From: Azolla caroliniana
Taxonomy: Eukaryota; Plantae; Polypodiophyta
Direction of reading: 5' to 3'
DNA: 64,000 nt
Assembly: GCA_043228905.1 (NCBI GenBank)
Contig: JBHGNT010000017.1
Coordinates: 16,306,001-16,370,000, forward strand
Each line of letters begins with the position of its first letter. Position 1 is the first letter of the stretch. The notes under the pieces are model-generated. The model was not told where the DNA came from. It worked only from the letters and a program-made list of their open reading frames with translations, and did not search any database. Positions 1-12,867 of this stretch are shown one piece after another. Both the position numbers and the translations under genes were made by a program.

Positions 1-528
1 TAGGCACACCCCCGAGGTGCCCTTTAAGTACATGAGTATCCATTTCACCGTTGCCCAGTGTTCTCTCCTTGGATTACTCATATATCGGCTTACTACTCCC
101 ATAGCAAATGCTATGTCCGGTCTCGTACAGACCATAGCATACATTAGACTGCCGACGACCGAGGCATATGGTACCTTCTTCATCTCAGCCTTTTCCTTCT
201 GCCCTTTTAGTCTACAATTTGTCGGCAGCACTGAGCCAACCAGCTTTGCGTTCGACATGTTGAACCTCTCTAGGATCTTCGTCACATACTTCTGTTGTGA
301 CAACCATAGCACCTTCCGAGCTCTGTGTCGGGTTATGTGCATTCCTAGGATTTGCTTTGCCGATCCAAGGTCTTTCATGGCAAATGATTTTCCAAGAGCT
401 TTCTTCAAGCTTCGAATCTTCCTTGCATCTTGACCGAGTATCAACATATCATCAACATATAGCAAGAGAATGAAGAAATCTCCTTCCTCGTACCTTTTGA
501 CAAATACACAGTGATCAGCCTGTGTTTT

Positions 529-3500
529 CTAGAACCGATGTTCCACCATGAAGGACTCGAATTTCTTGTACCATTGGCGTGGAGCTTGTTTTAATCCGTA
601 CAAGCTTTTCCTCAATCGACACACCAGATTCTCTTTCCCTTTTTCCTCAAAGCCATGCATGTAGATCTCTTCATCTAGCTCCCCATGCAGAAATGCGGTT
701 TTGACATCCAACTGTTCGATCTCCAGATCCATGCTAGCCGCTATGCTCAAAACAGTTCGAATCGATGTAATCTTCACGACTGGTGCGAATATTTTGTCAA
801 AGTCGACGCCCTTCTTCTGTTGGAAACCCTTCACCACTATGCGGACTTTATACCTGGGCTCGTTGTCGACTTCTCCAGTCTTCACCTTGTAGACCCACTT
901 ATTCTTGAGTGCACTCTTACCTTTTGGCAGCTCTACTAGGTCGTAGGTGTAATTCGCGTGCAAGGATTCCATCTCCTCTTGCATTGCGTTAAACCATTTT
1001 TTTCTGCTCTCGTCGGCAATGGCTTCTTCATAGCACTCCGGTTCACCGTCATCAGTCAAGAGGAAGTATTGACTGGCATATGTGGTCGGTGCCTTCCTTT
1101 CTCTAAGTCGGTACCTTCGTCCACTCGTTGTTGGCTCTTTTCCGGATGTCTCTGCCAACTCTTCTCTTTGCTTGGGATTCTGCTCATCAATATGCATCTC
1201 CAGGTTGGACAACTCCAACTCATATTCATCAATTGATTTTAGCAGGTCTGCCGACTCTAACTCATAGCCTATCGGTCTTTCCGAGTCGACCAACTCGGAT
1301 TCGGCTCTGTCGACAAGCTGTCTCCTTACAGCTGTCAGTGACGACACATTTGGCCTTAAGTCAATGGTAGTCGAGGTTGACTAGGGAGTCGATTCCAACT
1401 TCTATTGCTTCCAGTCTTCAATTGTCTTATCTTCAAGAAAGACGACATCCCAACTTCTCACTACCTTCTTGTCGACTAGGTCCCATAGCCTGTAGCCGAA
1501 TTCATCTTCCGAGTATCCCATAAATATACATGCTTTCGACTTGTTGTCGAGCTTTGACCTCTGATCCTTTGGTACATGCATATACGCCAAGCATCCAAAC
1601 ACCCTCACGTGTTGGTAGGAGATATCCTTCCCTGTCCACACCCTTTGTGGGACATCACCCTTTAATGGCACTGAGGGAGACCTGTTGATCAGATAAACAG
1701 CTATGTACAACGCCTCAGCCCAATAGGATTTCGGAAATTTTGCATGAGAGAGCATGCTCCTTACTCTCTCCATGATCATTCAATTCATCCTCTATGCAAG
1801 CCCGTTCAACTCTGGGGTCTTTGGCACTGTGTATTCAATCCGAATACCTTGGCACTTGCAGTATTCCTCAAACTGCCCTTTGTACTCCCCACCATTGTCG
1901 GTTCGGACAACCTTCAGTTTCCGACCCAACTCTCTTTCGGTTCTTGCCTGGAACTCCTTGAAAACCAATAGTACTTGATCCTTCGACTTCAGTACGAAGG
2001 CCCATGTCTTCCGACTATAGTCGTCAATAAACGTTACAAAGTATTTTCCTCATCAATGCGATGGAGCATCCACATAGCACACATCTGTGTGCACTAGTTC
2101 CAGTGCAGCTTCTCTTCTCCTTGGTGATCTAGAGTGGAATGCCGCCCTATTCTGCTTTCCGACTAAGCAGTCGACACACTTCTCCAGGTGCACTCCCTTC
2201 ACTTCTGGCAGAAGTTTCTGGTCAGCTAACATGTGCATTCCCTTCTCACTCATGTGGCCTAGCCTCTTATGCCATAAGTCCCCTGTCGAGTCGGCTGCCA
2301 CGTTTACTTCTGATTTGCACAGTCGGGCATGCATCATATACAATGTGCCTTCTTTCTGTGCTCAGGCCACTATAAGATTTCCGCGGTAGAACTTCCACTT
2401 GCCATTCCGAAAACTACCACTGTAGCCTTCGTCGTCAAGCCTTCCAGTCGATATCAGATTCAATTTGATATTGGGGACGTGTCAAACATCCTTCAACGTC
2501 AATCGACACCCTATCGACGTCGTCAAGCAGACACTTCCGACTCCAGTTATCTTGCATTCTCCACTATCACCCATCTTTACATAACCATTGTCCCCGGCTA
2601 TGTAAGTCAAGAAGTACTCTCTCGACGGAGTTATGTGAAATGAGGCGCCGGAGTTGATCATCCAAGTGCATTCTTCACTCGCAAGATTTGCACTTGTCTG
2701 TTCACAAATGAACAGAAGTTCCGCATTGCTCATAGCAATGGTCGAAGTGTTCTTTTCATCCGGAATCTTCCGGGGTTCGACATTATTTCCGACACTCTTG
2801 TCTTTTCTCATGTGTTGGCAGTCCTTCTGGAAGTGTCTAGGTTTTCCACAATAAAATCACACAAACTTACCTTTGGACTTCAATCTGGCGTGGGATTTGT
2901 CCGTTCGTTGCGGACTTCTTCTTCGCCGGTCTCTTCCTCTGTCCATATGTTGAGTCAGATTCGACTCCGTTTGGGATAGGAATCCTTTGTATTTCCTCCT
3001 TGCCTCCTCATTTAGGATGCTTGTCTTCACTGTCTATAAAGACAAGTTCTCTTCTTGACAGGAGGTGTTGAGAGTAACCACCAGGTTCTCCAAGCTTTCC
3101 AGCAGTGTGCACATCAGCAAGATGGCCTGCATTGCGTCATCCAGGGGAAACTTGGTCGCAGCAAGTTGATTTACATACCCCATGAACGTGCTAATGTGTT
3201 CGACGATGCTCTCACCGTCTCTGTATTTCAGCCATATGATTTTTCTCATTAGCGAGTTTCTGTTTAGCACGTTCTTCCTCTCGTACAGACCCGACAGCTT
3301 CTGCCACATCTTGTGGGCATTCTTGTCATTCACCACATGCTGAAGGACACTTACATCAACACATTGTCGGATTGTGGCCACCGCCTTCCTATTCAGAAGC
3401 TTCCAGTCTGACTCCAATACCCCCCTGGGTATTTTTGCTCTGTCGATTGGCTCGTACAGGTCTTTGACACTGAGAAGGTCTTCCATCTTTATCTTCCAGT

Positions 3501-3561
3501 CTGCATAGTTCTTTGAATTGAGAACTATCATACCTAGGAATCTGCTAACACCTCCTTCCAT
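529..3561 (-). pseudogene. copia gag-pol polyprotein, fragmented
   Basis: ORF fragments 3034-3561, 2482-2811, 2053-2343, 1402-1779 and 529-1347 carry gag, PR, INT and RT motifs in copia order. Confidence 0.9.
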
Positions 3562-3574
3562 GCTTGCACCTCAA

Positions 3575-3586
3575 GCTCTGATACCA
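3575..3586 (-). promoter_or_regulatory. primer-binding site, tRNA-iMet (TGGTATCAGAGC)
   Basis: gctctgatacca on + strand, 3 nt from the LTR edge. Confidence 0.92.
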
Positions 3587-3589
3587 GTT

Positions 3590-4152
3590 TATTGAGAAAT
3601 AGTTGCGGAATTGATCACAATGAACAAACTACGCGCTAAAATACGAATCACAGAAATGCTAGAAAACAAGATAAACAAGAATGCACAGAGATTTACATGG
3701 AAACCCTAAAATGGGGAAAACCACCAGTGAATAGAATCTTCACTATACAAAGTGGATATACAATTCCGAGAGGAATACAACACTCTGTCGAGTGTATCAG
3801 CCGCACAGGGCTCTTCGCATCTGTTGTTACTCACACAGCTATGGTGCGGCTCACACACACACTCTCTCTCTCTCTCTCACGCGTTCTGCTTCTGCATTTC
3901 TAACTTTTTTCCTTCTATATAACACACAACATGTTTGCCCTAGTTGCATATATACTTACGCAACTTTCTAGTTATTTACATATGTAGCCCTCATGGGGCG
4001 CACACTAAGACTATTTACAAATATAGTCGCCCGAGTTGGCTATTTACACGATTCCGGTTTCTCATCAACTCGGCTCCTATTTTCCGACTCTTCGACTGTC
4101 GGTTTTTCGAACAGTCGGATCATCCTCCCACTGGAAGGACATATTACCAATA
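3590..4152 (-). repeat. 5' LTR of copia element (termini TATTG...CAATA)
   Basis: Bounded by the PBS and by an interrupted copia protease motif. Shares terminal and internal motifs with the solo LTRs at 7219 and 45059. Confidence 0.8.
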
Positions 4153-5315
4153 GAATGTGGCACCGGAATCCAGTAACCACATGTGTGCATCTTGTGCACT
4201 GTAGAGGAGTTCCCCGATCATAGAGTCCTCTAAGGAGAGAATTTCTTTGGATCGGGTGTTAGTAACATTAACTTTGTTGCCGATTGGAGAGTGGTCCAAG
4301 TTGGGTTGTCCTCGATTCCACTTAGATCGCCAACCACTCTCTTTTCTCTTGATTGACCAGCAGTCGGAAACATTCTGGCCAGCTCTTCGGTAGTGTGTGC
4401 AGAATTTGCCTAATCGGCCCATTCTCGACTTCGACCGTTGTCAATCTTCCATCGTTTTCAATCGGTTGGTATTCTGACCGGTTCTATCGGCTTGTTCTCT
4501 CGTTCAACTCTGTCGGTCGAGTGATGGACTTCTGCCAATTCATCGATGGTAAGTCCCATCAATTTTCGCCAAATGTCCTTGGTGAGGACTTGGCCAATCG
4601 TCTCATCTAGATTTAGCATCGGTCGGCTATTGGCGTATGTTGTGCAGAATACCTCCCAACTCGCCGGCAAGCTCGATAGGAGGGCAAGGGCTTTCACTTG
4701 TTCTTCGAAGTTGATCCATTGTGAGGAGAGTTTTGACAACACCCTAGATACAAGCAAGTGCTAGATAATACTTATCTTAAAGTTAATGGCACATACCTCA
4801 AGAAAAAGTACATTGTAACTTGCCCACAAAATATTCTTCTAGTTGACATGATTAGTCAATCCTATTAGCCTACTTCACCCTTTCCTAAATACATTGTGTC
4901 TTACTCATCTACGGTTTCCTAGATTGACACCGCAATCGGAAACATTCTGGCCAGCTCTTCGGTAGTGTGTGCAGAATTCGCCTAATCGGCCCATTCTCGA
5001 CTTCGACCGTTGTCAATCTTCCATCGTTTTCGATCGGTTGGTATTCCGACCGGTTCTATCGGCTTGTTCTCTCGTTCAACTCTGTCGGTCGAGTGATGGA
5101 CTTCTGCCAATTCATCGATGGTAAGTCCCATCAATTTTCGCCAAATGTCCTTGGTGAGGACTTGGCCAATCATCTCATCCAGATTTAGCATCGGTCGGCT
5201 ATTGGCGTATGTTGTGCAGAATACCTCCCAACTCGCCGGCAAGCTCGATAGGAGGGCAAGGGCTTTCACTTGTTCTTCGAAGTTGATCCATTGTGAGGAG
5301 AGTTTTGACAACACC
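4153..5315 (-). pseudogene. copia gag/zinc-knuckle/protease remnant, partly duplicated
   Basis: ALALLSSLPASW (gag), CTHYRRAGQNVSDCW (degenerate knuckle) and WLLDSGATF (protease) cut at 4153 by the LTR. Confidence 0.8.
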
Positions 5316-5503
5316 CTAGATACAAGCAAGTGCTAGATAATACTTATCTTAAAGTTAATGGCACATACCTCAAGAAAAAGTACATTGTAACTTGCCCACA
5401 AAATATTCTTCTAGTTGACATGATTAGTCAATCCTATTAGCCTACTTCACCCTTTCCTAAATACATTGTGTCTTACTCATCTACGGTTTCCTAGATTGAC
5501 ACC
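4360..5503. repeat. 572-bp direct tandem duplication (4360-4931 / 4932-5503)
   Basis: Near-identical copies at offset 572, also visible as the twin ORFs 4458-4757 and 5030-5329. Confidence 0.95.
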
Positions 5504-8500
5504 TTATCAACCCATATGGTCAGTTGCACAATAGTTATCACAAAATGTGCACTCTAAGAATACATATGGGGATAAATTGACAACTTCGGGTTGATCATTG
5601 ATTATATCTAACACGTCCCCTCCATGGTCAACCCATTGAATTGACTTGGAATTGGGCCAACTCCTAGTCGTCAAAGGTGTTGTTGAAGCTCTTATGCTCC
5701 AAGCGCCTTTGTGAAGATGTTTGCAACATTTTCTGATGTAGGACAGTACTCAAGCTCCACAGTCTCATTATTTATGGGCTCCCGCGCATAGTTATAGTAA
5801 ATCTCTATGTGTTTAGTATGTGCATGAAATACAGAATTCTTGGCAATGACCATGCAACTTTGATTGTCACACCTCAATACCGTTGTCAGCCTTATAGGAA
5901 CTGCCACATCCATAAGGATTCTTCTTGGCCAAATTACCTCACATGCCACTTTCTATTCTGCCATTGAAGATAGTGCTATTGGTGGTTGCATTTTACTGCT
6001 CCATGAAACAACTCCAAACCCCATTGAAAAACAATATCTAGAAACTGACTTTCTGGAATCACTATGCCCAACCCAGTCAGAGTTACAATTCATCAACTAT
6101 GGGCTTGTAAAAGATTCCGTAATTTAAAGTACCCACAATATACTTTAACACATATACTGCAACTTTCTAATGAGTCTCCTTCGGCTTGTTGCTGAATCGA
6201 CTCACCACACCGACTGCAAAGAAAATATCTGACCTAGTGTTGCATAGGAAAGTTAAACTTCCTACTAGCTATCTATACTTCCTTATGTCAACCATTGGTG
6301 AAGGGTCTTTTTGGGATAGCTTGCAATTTGACTCTATTGGAGTTGACTTCGACTTGATGTCCATCATCCCAAAGGTCTTCAAGGTCTCTATTGCATTCTT
6401 TCTTTCTGACATGAAGATGTCAATCGAGGTTTTCCAAACCTCAATCCCAAGGAAGTAGTGTAGAATCCCCAAGTTCGCCATTTCAAACTCAGTTTTCACA
6501 CACTCTTGTGTTTGGCCAATACACTCTTCATGGTCACCAGTAAGTACTAGATCATCCACGTAAATGATGATGATGACTTGTTTCTCGTCCTTCATTCTGA
6601 CATACATACTTTCATCATAAGCACATTGCTTAAAGTCGATTTGCTTGCATTAGACCATACAATGCCTTCTTTAGCTTGCAAACTTTGTTTTCTTAATTTG
6701 GCATCTCAAATCCTAGTGGTTGTGTCACGTATACCTCATCCTTGAGATGCCCATTCAGAAATGCCGATTTGACATCCATTTGAAAAATCTGCCATCCTCT
6801 TGAAGCAGCAACGCTATGACCATTCGAATTGTTGTCATGCGAGCTATCGGGGAAAATGTTTCTTGTACATCGAACCCTTCAATTTGGGACTATCCTTGCA
6901 CTACTACCCTAGCCTTGAATTTCTCCAAAGAACCATCAACTTTATACTTTGCTTTCCACACCCACTTGGTGCCTATCACCTTCTTTGTTGGTCTCTCTAC
7001 CAACTCCCACATGTCATTTTTGATGATGTTGTCGTATTCCGATGTCATCGCCTCTTTCGACTTCAGGTCAAACATGGCTTACTCCACCAAGTTTGGCTCA
7101 CTCACTGAGCCTAGAATGTCCATTATCAGAGCCATGTTGACAATGTGGTCATACGTTCTCCCTTGCTCATGTATTCTTCTTGATCTTCATAATCCATCAG
7201 TTGAAGTTTTAGGAAACTTGTTGTGAAACATGTCCCTCCGGATGGGAAGAGAAGGACCGTGTTGGTGAGTATCTCGGCTGAGGCCGAAACCGAAACTAAA
7301 ATTGAAATCATAATCCAAAAACGAAATCGAAATCGTTTCGGAAGACCATTATTGTAAATAGTCTAAAATGCCCTTGTGGGTTATACTTGTAAATAGCCAG
7401 AAAGTTGCTTTTGTTTATAAGCAACTAGGGCAAACTTTAGTATGTAGGTAGTTGATCATTATTGAAAAAGTTAGAACGAGGTAGTTGCCTCTGTAACTAT
7501 GAGTGAGAGAGTGAGAGTGTAACTCTAAACCCGTCTATCAGACGAAGGAGAACTCAAGGTCGTTGCCTCCGAGTTCCGTATTTGTACTTCCATTCTACTA
7601 TAGTGAATTTTTTTCTTGGGGTTTGTGGACCCCTGTGGTTTTTCCCATTTCGGGTTTTCCACGTAAAATATCAGTGTCTCTGTGTCTACACGTTTTTCTG
7701 TCTGTGTACTACTTCTTGTTCTCTGCACATGAATACGAACGTGAAACCAGTTGTGGCCGGTCAATTTCTAACAAAACTCAACTTTAGGAGTACAATCATT
7801 GAAGAGTTGTTGACCCCACTTAAGTATTTTCTTTACATATGGCACTGGCACAAGGTGAACCAACGAGCTATTACCATTGGATGGTTCAACTTCCTTTTCT
7901 GTACAATGGGTTAGGATTGGGTGGAATACTTCTTCAGTTGATGAGGTAACTTGAGAATCATTGTTCTTAATCAAACAACACATCTCGGCCTCTCAATTAA
8001 CTTTCTTGCCTCCGGATCGTAGAGGCATCCAACTTCTTCCTACTCACATCTGGAACATGTGCGTAGCACGTACAGCCAAAGGTTCTAAAGTGCAACACTA
8101 AAGGTTTCTTGCGTGAATAAGCTTCTTGGGGTGTTTTCCCTTGAAGTGCCTTCATGTAGCTCCAATTCAGGATGTAAAATATTGTATTCACTACTTCAAC
8201 CCAGAATGGGTTGGGCAACACTTGTGCCTTCAACATACAACTAGCCATCTCGAAAACTATTCAGTTCTGATGTTCGACAATGCCATTTTGTTGTGGGGTA
8301 TAGGTAGCTGTAACCTGGCACTTAATTCCATGTTCTTTGCAATACTCACAAATTTCTAATGATAAGAATTCTCCACCTCGATAAGAGCATAACTCCTTCA
8401 CTAACTTTCCGGACTCCCACTCGACAAACATATGCCATCTTTTGAAGATGTTAAAAGTTTCAACCTTCTCCTGAAAGAAGTAAACCCACATCTTTCTACT

Positions 8501-9690
8501 GAAGTCGTTGATTTCTAACATATAATAGAGAGATCAACCCATTGCAAGAGTCACCATTTTTCAAAGAGGTCGATGTGTATTAGTTGTAGAGGAGATTTGT
8601 CCGATTTTGACACTCTTTTGGAATGGCTAATCTGTGATGCTTGCCCATCATACAAGCATCACAAAACATGACTTAGGTCAAATAGGGCTGGCAACCCAAA
8701 GACCATATTCAACTTCTTCATCTCCTTCAACACAACAATATTGAGATGTCTCTCATGCCATTGCTTTGTGTTAGTACTTGTATTGTGGTTGGTAGAAATT
8801 GTAAACGCTCGCGGCTCATAGAGATTATTGTGCCTTACCCCTCTTCCTACAACATTGCCAGCAAAATCTGTTATTTCTACAATGACCCAACTTCTTGGAT
8901 CGAACATCAAGATCCTCTCGCTCAATGCAGAAATGGACAATAGATTCTTCTTGAGATCTGGCACGTACAACACTTCAAAGAGATGCTTTGTCCCGCCCGT
9001 CATTGCTTTGAGGGAGATGGTTCTGGTTCCTTTGGTCGGACATCAAGCATTGTTCCCAACCATGTCATTGATGGGCTCTTGTAGAGGTGTGCAAGAGTTG
9101 TACCAGTCACGATTACTGGTCATATGTTGGGAGGCTCCACTATCGAGAATCCAAGAGTTGTCGACTAAAGAACACACTTCTTCAGTTGTGACCCATAACT
9201 TAAGCTCATCTACGACGTTGTTAGCAAACCCAAGTTGTCTCCAAGAAGTCTTAGTGGATTCATTCTTCTCATCCACCATCTTCTTCTGACAATCCTTGAT
9301 TGTGTGTGTAGAAACATGATTCATTAAACTTCTTCTTCTTTGGTATCCTATTCGCATCGTTTGAATTGGATGTCCCTATACCCTTAGTCCTAGTGACAAA
9401 TACTGAATCTTCCTTTCCTACTCTTGCCTTCAGGCGAAGATCCTCTTCAAGCAACATTGCACTTAATTCATCAAATTTTAAAGGAGTGGGTCGATCCTGA
9501 GTATTCAATGTTGTCACAATGCCATCATACTTGGAAGGAAGTACTCGAATGCACAGATGAGCCATATCCTCTAGATAGACAACTACTCCAACAACAATCC
9601 TTTGATCTTGAAGATTGTTCATCATTTTTACAAAATATTCCACTTCTTTTCCATCAACCAACTTTTCTGCAACAAGCTGGTTTTCGAGGT
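5314..9690 (-). mobile_element. Ty1/copia element, degenerate, interrupted by a solo LTR; 3' LTR truncated
   Basis: gag 9269-9661, PR (WILDSGASQH) ~9130, GAG-pre-INT ~8700-8770, INT 7997-8521, RT (YVDD) 6269-7075, RNase H (CDNQS...HTKHIE...ANIFTKAL) 5692-5949, PPT ~5614-5624, LTR starting TGTTAG at 5613. Confidence 0.9.
7219..7773 (+). mobile_element. solo LTR (555 bp), copia-type
   Basis: TGTTG...TAACA termini; perfect 5-bp TSD AAACT at 7214-7218 and 7774-7778. Confidence 0.92.
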
Positions 9691-9693
9691 TTT

Positions 9694-10037
9694 TATCATG
9701 GACATGACAACAATCATGCCATGATTTGAACTCTTGACCTATTGTATTGCAATCAATTGATATGTTTTAACCAACACATCCAATACATGGTCATGTTACC
9801 TTAGTAGATTATTGTAGATTATCTATTCTACGTGTAGGAGATTTTAGAAGCTTCTAGAAAGCTCCAAAAGTTGGAACATTCTAGAAGGTTGTGCATGAAA
9901 ATGAGTCTCTACATAGAACTACATTTAGAGCCCACAAACATGTATAAATATAGGGGTTCACCTTGGCCCTAATCAAGGTGAACAACACCAGTTACGGAAG
10001 CATAATATCAATTCTTGTTCGACAGTACCACATGACA
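9694..10037 (+). mobile_element. solo-LTR-like element, gypsy-type
   Basis: T(A)TCATG...CATGACA termini and TATAAATA at ~9943. Shares the block caccttg..ctaatcaaggtgaacaacac.agttacgga with 12868-13243. Confidence 0.6.
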
Positions 10038-10042
10038 TTTTT

Positions 10043-10769
10043 AGAGTAGAGTTCAGTTTGCCCCCAATGTTAGTAGAAGCACTTTTCCAAGTGGTAATTT
10101 TTATTCATCGGATACATTGCCAACCACAAAATAGGATATCCCGTCAAGCCTTTGAGGCATCTCGATCCCTATATGCGTTTGGAGACACTAGCTCTTGGTA
10201 TAGCAGTGTAGTGAGTTGGTTACTTGCAAATGGCATAGACATTAATAACCTACCTCCCCTTAAGTACAACCATGGGACTGACCAAACAGTCCAAAACCTC
10301 AGTGGTTCCCACCCGACTCACGCAATGATCCGGAGCGGAAAGGCACGACAACGCCACTCGGCCTCTCTCTTGATGAAGCGGAAATGCAAAGAACAACCAA
10401 ACGCCCTCGGATGTTGGGCTTCAAAGCAACTCAACGCGGAGTAGAAATGATTAAGAAGATAAGGAAATGTAAGCTATGCCGCCTAGAAGCTATGGTTGGG
10501 GTACCTCTTACATTGGGACCACAGGCCACATCCACATCGAAACCCTTTGCCCTCCCACTTCTTTTCGATAGACTTGGATGGAAATGAAACTAGGCCTAAT
10601 ATAAAGCCATTTCCTTATAGAAAATGTTTTTTTTACTAGAACCATTTAGCTTAAGCTCTATTTTGTTTTGTTTTGTTTTTGTTTTTTTCTTTCGATGAAT
10701 GGGTAAATACCCCATTTTTGTTGTAAACCAATTGTCTCATGGGCCAATTTTGGCCTTAGAAGACGTTAA

Positions 10770-10803
<34 letters not shown>
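10043..10803 (+). mobile_element. 3' fragment of an RTEX-like non-LTR retrotransposon with (CT)n tail, internally deleted
   Basis: 10370-10803 matches the reverse complement of ~52441-52900 (PRMLGFK...EAMVGVP...LGP) and ends in (CT)n. The upstream part encodes post-RT-like sequence. Confidence 0.65.
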
Positions 10804-10807
<4 letters not shown>

Positions 10808-10868
10808 TTGCTAGACAACAACTACCTATATATACCTAATCTAGATGAACCTCTTAGTTCTGATATAA

Positions 10869-11679
10869 TGTTAGAGTTGTTGAGAATCAATTAGATAGAC
10901 ATATAGAGTTACAACCACAGATATGGTTATATGAAAACAAACTTTCTATTACTTATGAGAGTAGCTCACAATGGTAGTTCACCCATATGCTCATACCTTA
11001 GAGCTTAAATGGGATCTGAGCCAACTCACTACAAAATTAGTGGGGACTAATGATGGTCACAACCACTATGTAAGAGAGTGGATTATATTCTTTGTTTGGT
11101 ATGAGTGTAACATTAAAGGTGCAAATCAGTTGATAGGAGTGGAGATATTCCTTTTATATCAACTGCCTTGTCATTTAATGTGACCCAACTCCCTAGATAC
11201 AAGCAAGTGCTAGATAGTAGTTATCTTAAAGTCAACGACACATACTTCAATACTAAGTACATCGTAACTAGCCCATAAAATATTATGTAGTTGACTTGAT
11301 TAGTCAATACTATTAGCCTACTTCGCTCTTTCCTAAACACATTGTGACCTAATCTACAGTTTCGTCGATTGACACCTTATCGACCCATATGGTCGGTTGC
11401 ACAATAGCTATCACAAAATGTGCACTCTAAGAGTACATATGGGGATAAATTGACAACTTCGGGTTGAAAATTGATTATATCTAACACATCCCCTCAATGG
11501 TCAACCCATTGACTTGACTTGGAATTGGGCCAACTCGTAGTTGTCAAAGGTGTTGTTGAAGTTGTTCAAATTGCACAATAGCTACTCCTCATTTGGGGAG
11601 CTATCACAAAATGTGCACTTTAAGAGTACATATGGGGACAAATTGACAAATCGAGGTTGATCATTGATTATATCTAACA
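10869..11679 (-). mobile_element. copia LTR + PPT + partial second LTR (same family as the LTR at 5314-5613)
   Basis: 11191-11560 is similar to 5314-5688. The LTR start TGTTAGATATAATC occurs at 11486 and 11679. Left boundary approximate. Confidence 0.75.
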
Positions 11680-11699
11680 GTAAAACCCTCAATATCCTA

Positions 11700-12370
11700 T
11701 CCTATTATGCTATTAGAAATAAGTATTGGCCATGAAAAGACTATACAAGTATATCACAAGACTCAAGAATATTCCTAGTCATACATTGCAAAAACAAGCT
11801 CAGAACAAAGGGTGCAAGTTTGACACTATGTAACGATGTAAGAGATGGAAGTAAAAGATCTGTTGTAGCTATTAGGCAATGTTATGAAGTATGTGATCAT
11901 CAAAGATGGAATCTTATTAGAGACACTAAGGATGGAGTGCCAAGATGCTAAATTATCAAATTTGGAATTATATTACATTGCAAATATTAACCCCCAATGA
12001 TGGCCCTAATACAAGCTAAAATTGCAAGAACATATTCAATAACATGTCACTACCGCCAACAGATATGCAAGGTATGCAATGAAAACCTAGTGGAGGATGA
12101 ATATCACTTATCATATGCTCATTGTATAAGGTGATTTATGAAAAATATAATGACATGTTAGAAATGCATGATAATTTAAGTGTCATACTCTAATTTCTAC
12201 AGAGAAGAGAAGGGTGAGCGCATATGGGCGTGCTATATTTTCACATCAATAGTTTTCATTGCATAATAGTGATCCACCTTCTTAGGAAGATGTCACATAC
12301 AAGATGATATGTTGATGTGGTTGCATAGATCAAAATTGGCTTCATTGGGGACGACAAAACATCTATCCAA
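11700..12370 (+). pseudogene. highly decayed RTEX-like C-terminal fragment
   Basis: Translates to QICKVCNENLVEDEYHL at ~12060-12110, homologous to RLCRLCHIEIEDEYHF at ~53170-53215. Confidence 0.55.
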
Positions 12371-12867
12371 TTCTTTTCTATTCTACCTCATCGTTAAAGT
12401 GGTGTTTGTTTATAAGCAAACACACTAGACGCTAATCTTACAAGAATTTGAGTTTGTCATCTTCCACATGCCAGGAACCTAAATAGAACAAGTGGCATGT
12501 GAGTCTCTGCGATACAATCATAATCTAGTTAAGTGCAAGTGGCATCATGTGAGGCAAATGGTTGAGAAGTTTGAGCATAGATCTTCATGTAGAATGTCAT
12601 TCAATGACTCATTACTTAAGTAGTGTAAGCCTTGGGTTGTCTAGAACTATTTTTCTCTTGTAGTTGTTGCCTTTACATTATTTGGAGATCAAAGGATATT
12701 AAAGTGGCAGGTCAACATACATAGCCAAAATTCATGATATCGACCCAAGGAGGACCAATAATAGTTCTGGACTAAGATTGTCCTTCTTGTTGTTTCATTT
12801 CAAAGATTTTCTTCAATAGTATTAAAAACAAACACCCAACGGCTACAACTTGAACTACGATTCTCCT

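Larger units (their letters stand above)
1..4152 (-). mobile_element. Ty1/copia LTR retrotransposon (Tnt1/Tork-like), degenerate; 3' part runs off the left edge
   Basis: Minus-strand order: LTR 3590-4152, PBS 3575-3586, gag 3034-3561, CCHC knuckle ~2820-2860, protease (WMINSGASFH) ~2640, GAG-pre-integrase 2053-2343, integrase 1402-2050, RT (LDVKTAFLHG, LYGLKQAPRQW) 529-1000 continuing to position 1. Several stops and frameshifts. Confidence 0.95.

Noticed and set aside
17-2854. + strand ORFs such as 17-433 and 2087-2389 as host genes
   Set aside because: They are antisense shadows of the copia pol frame.
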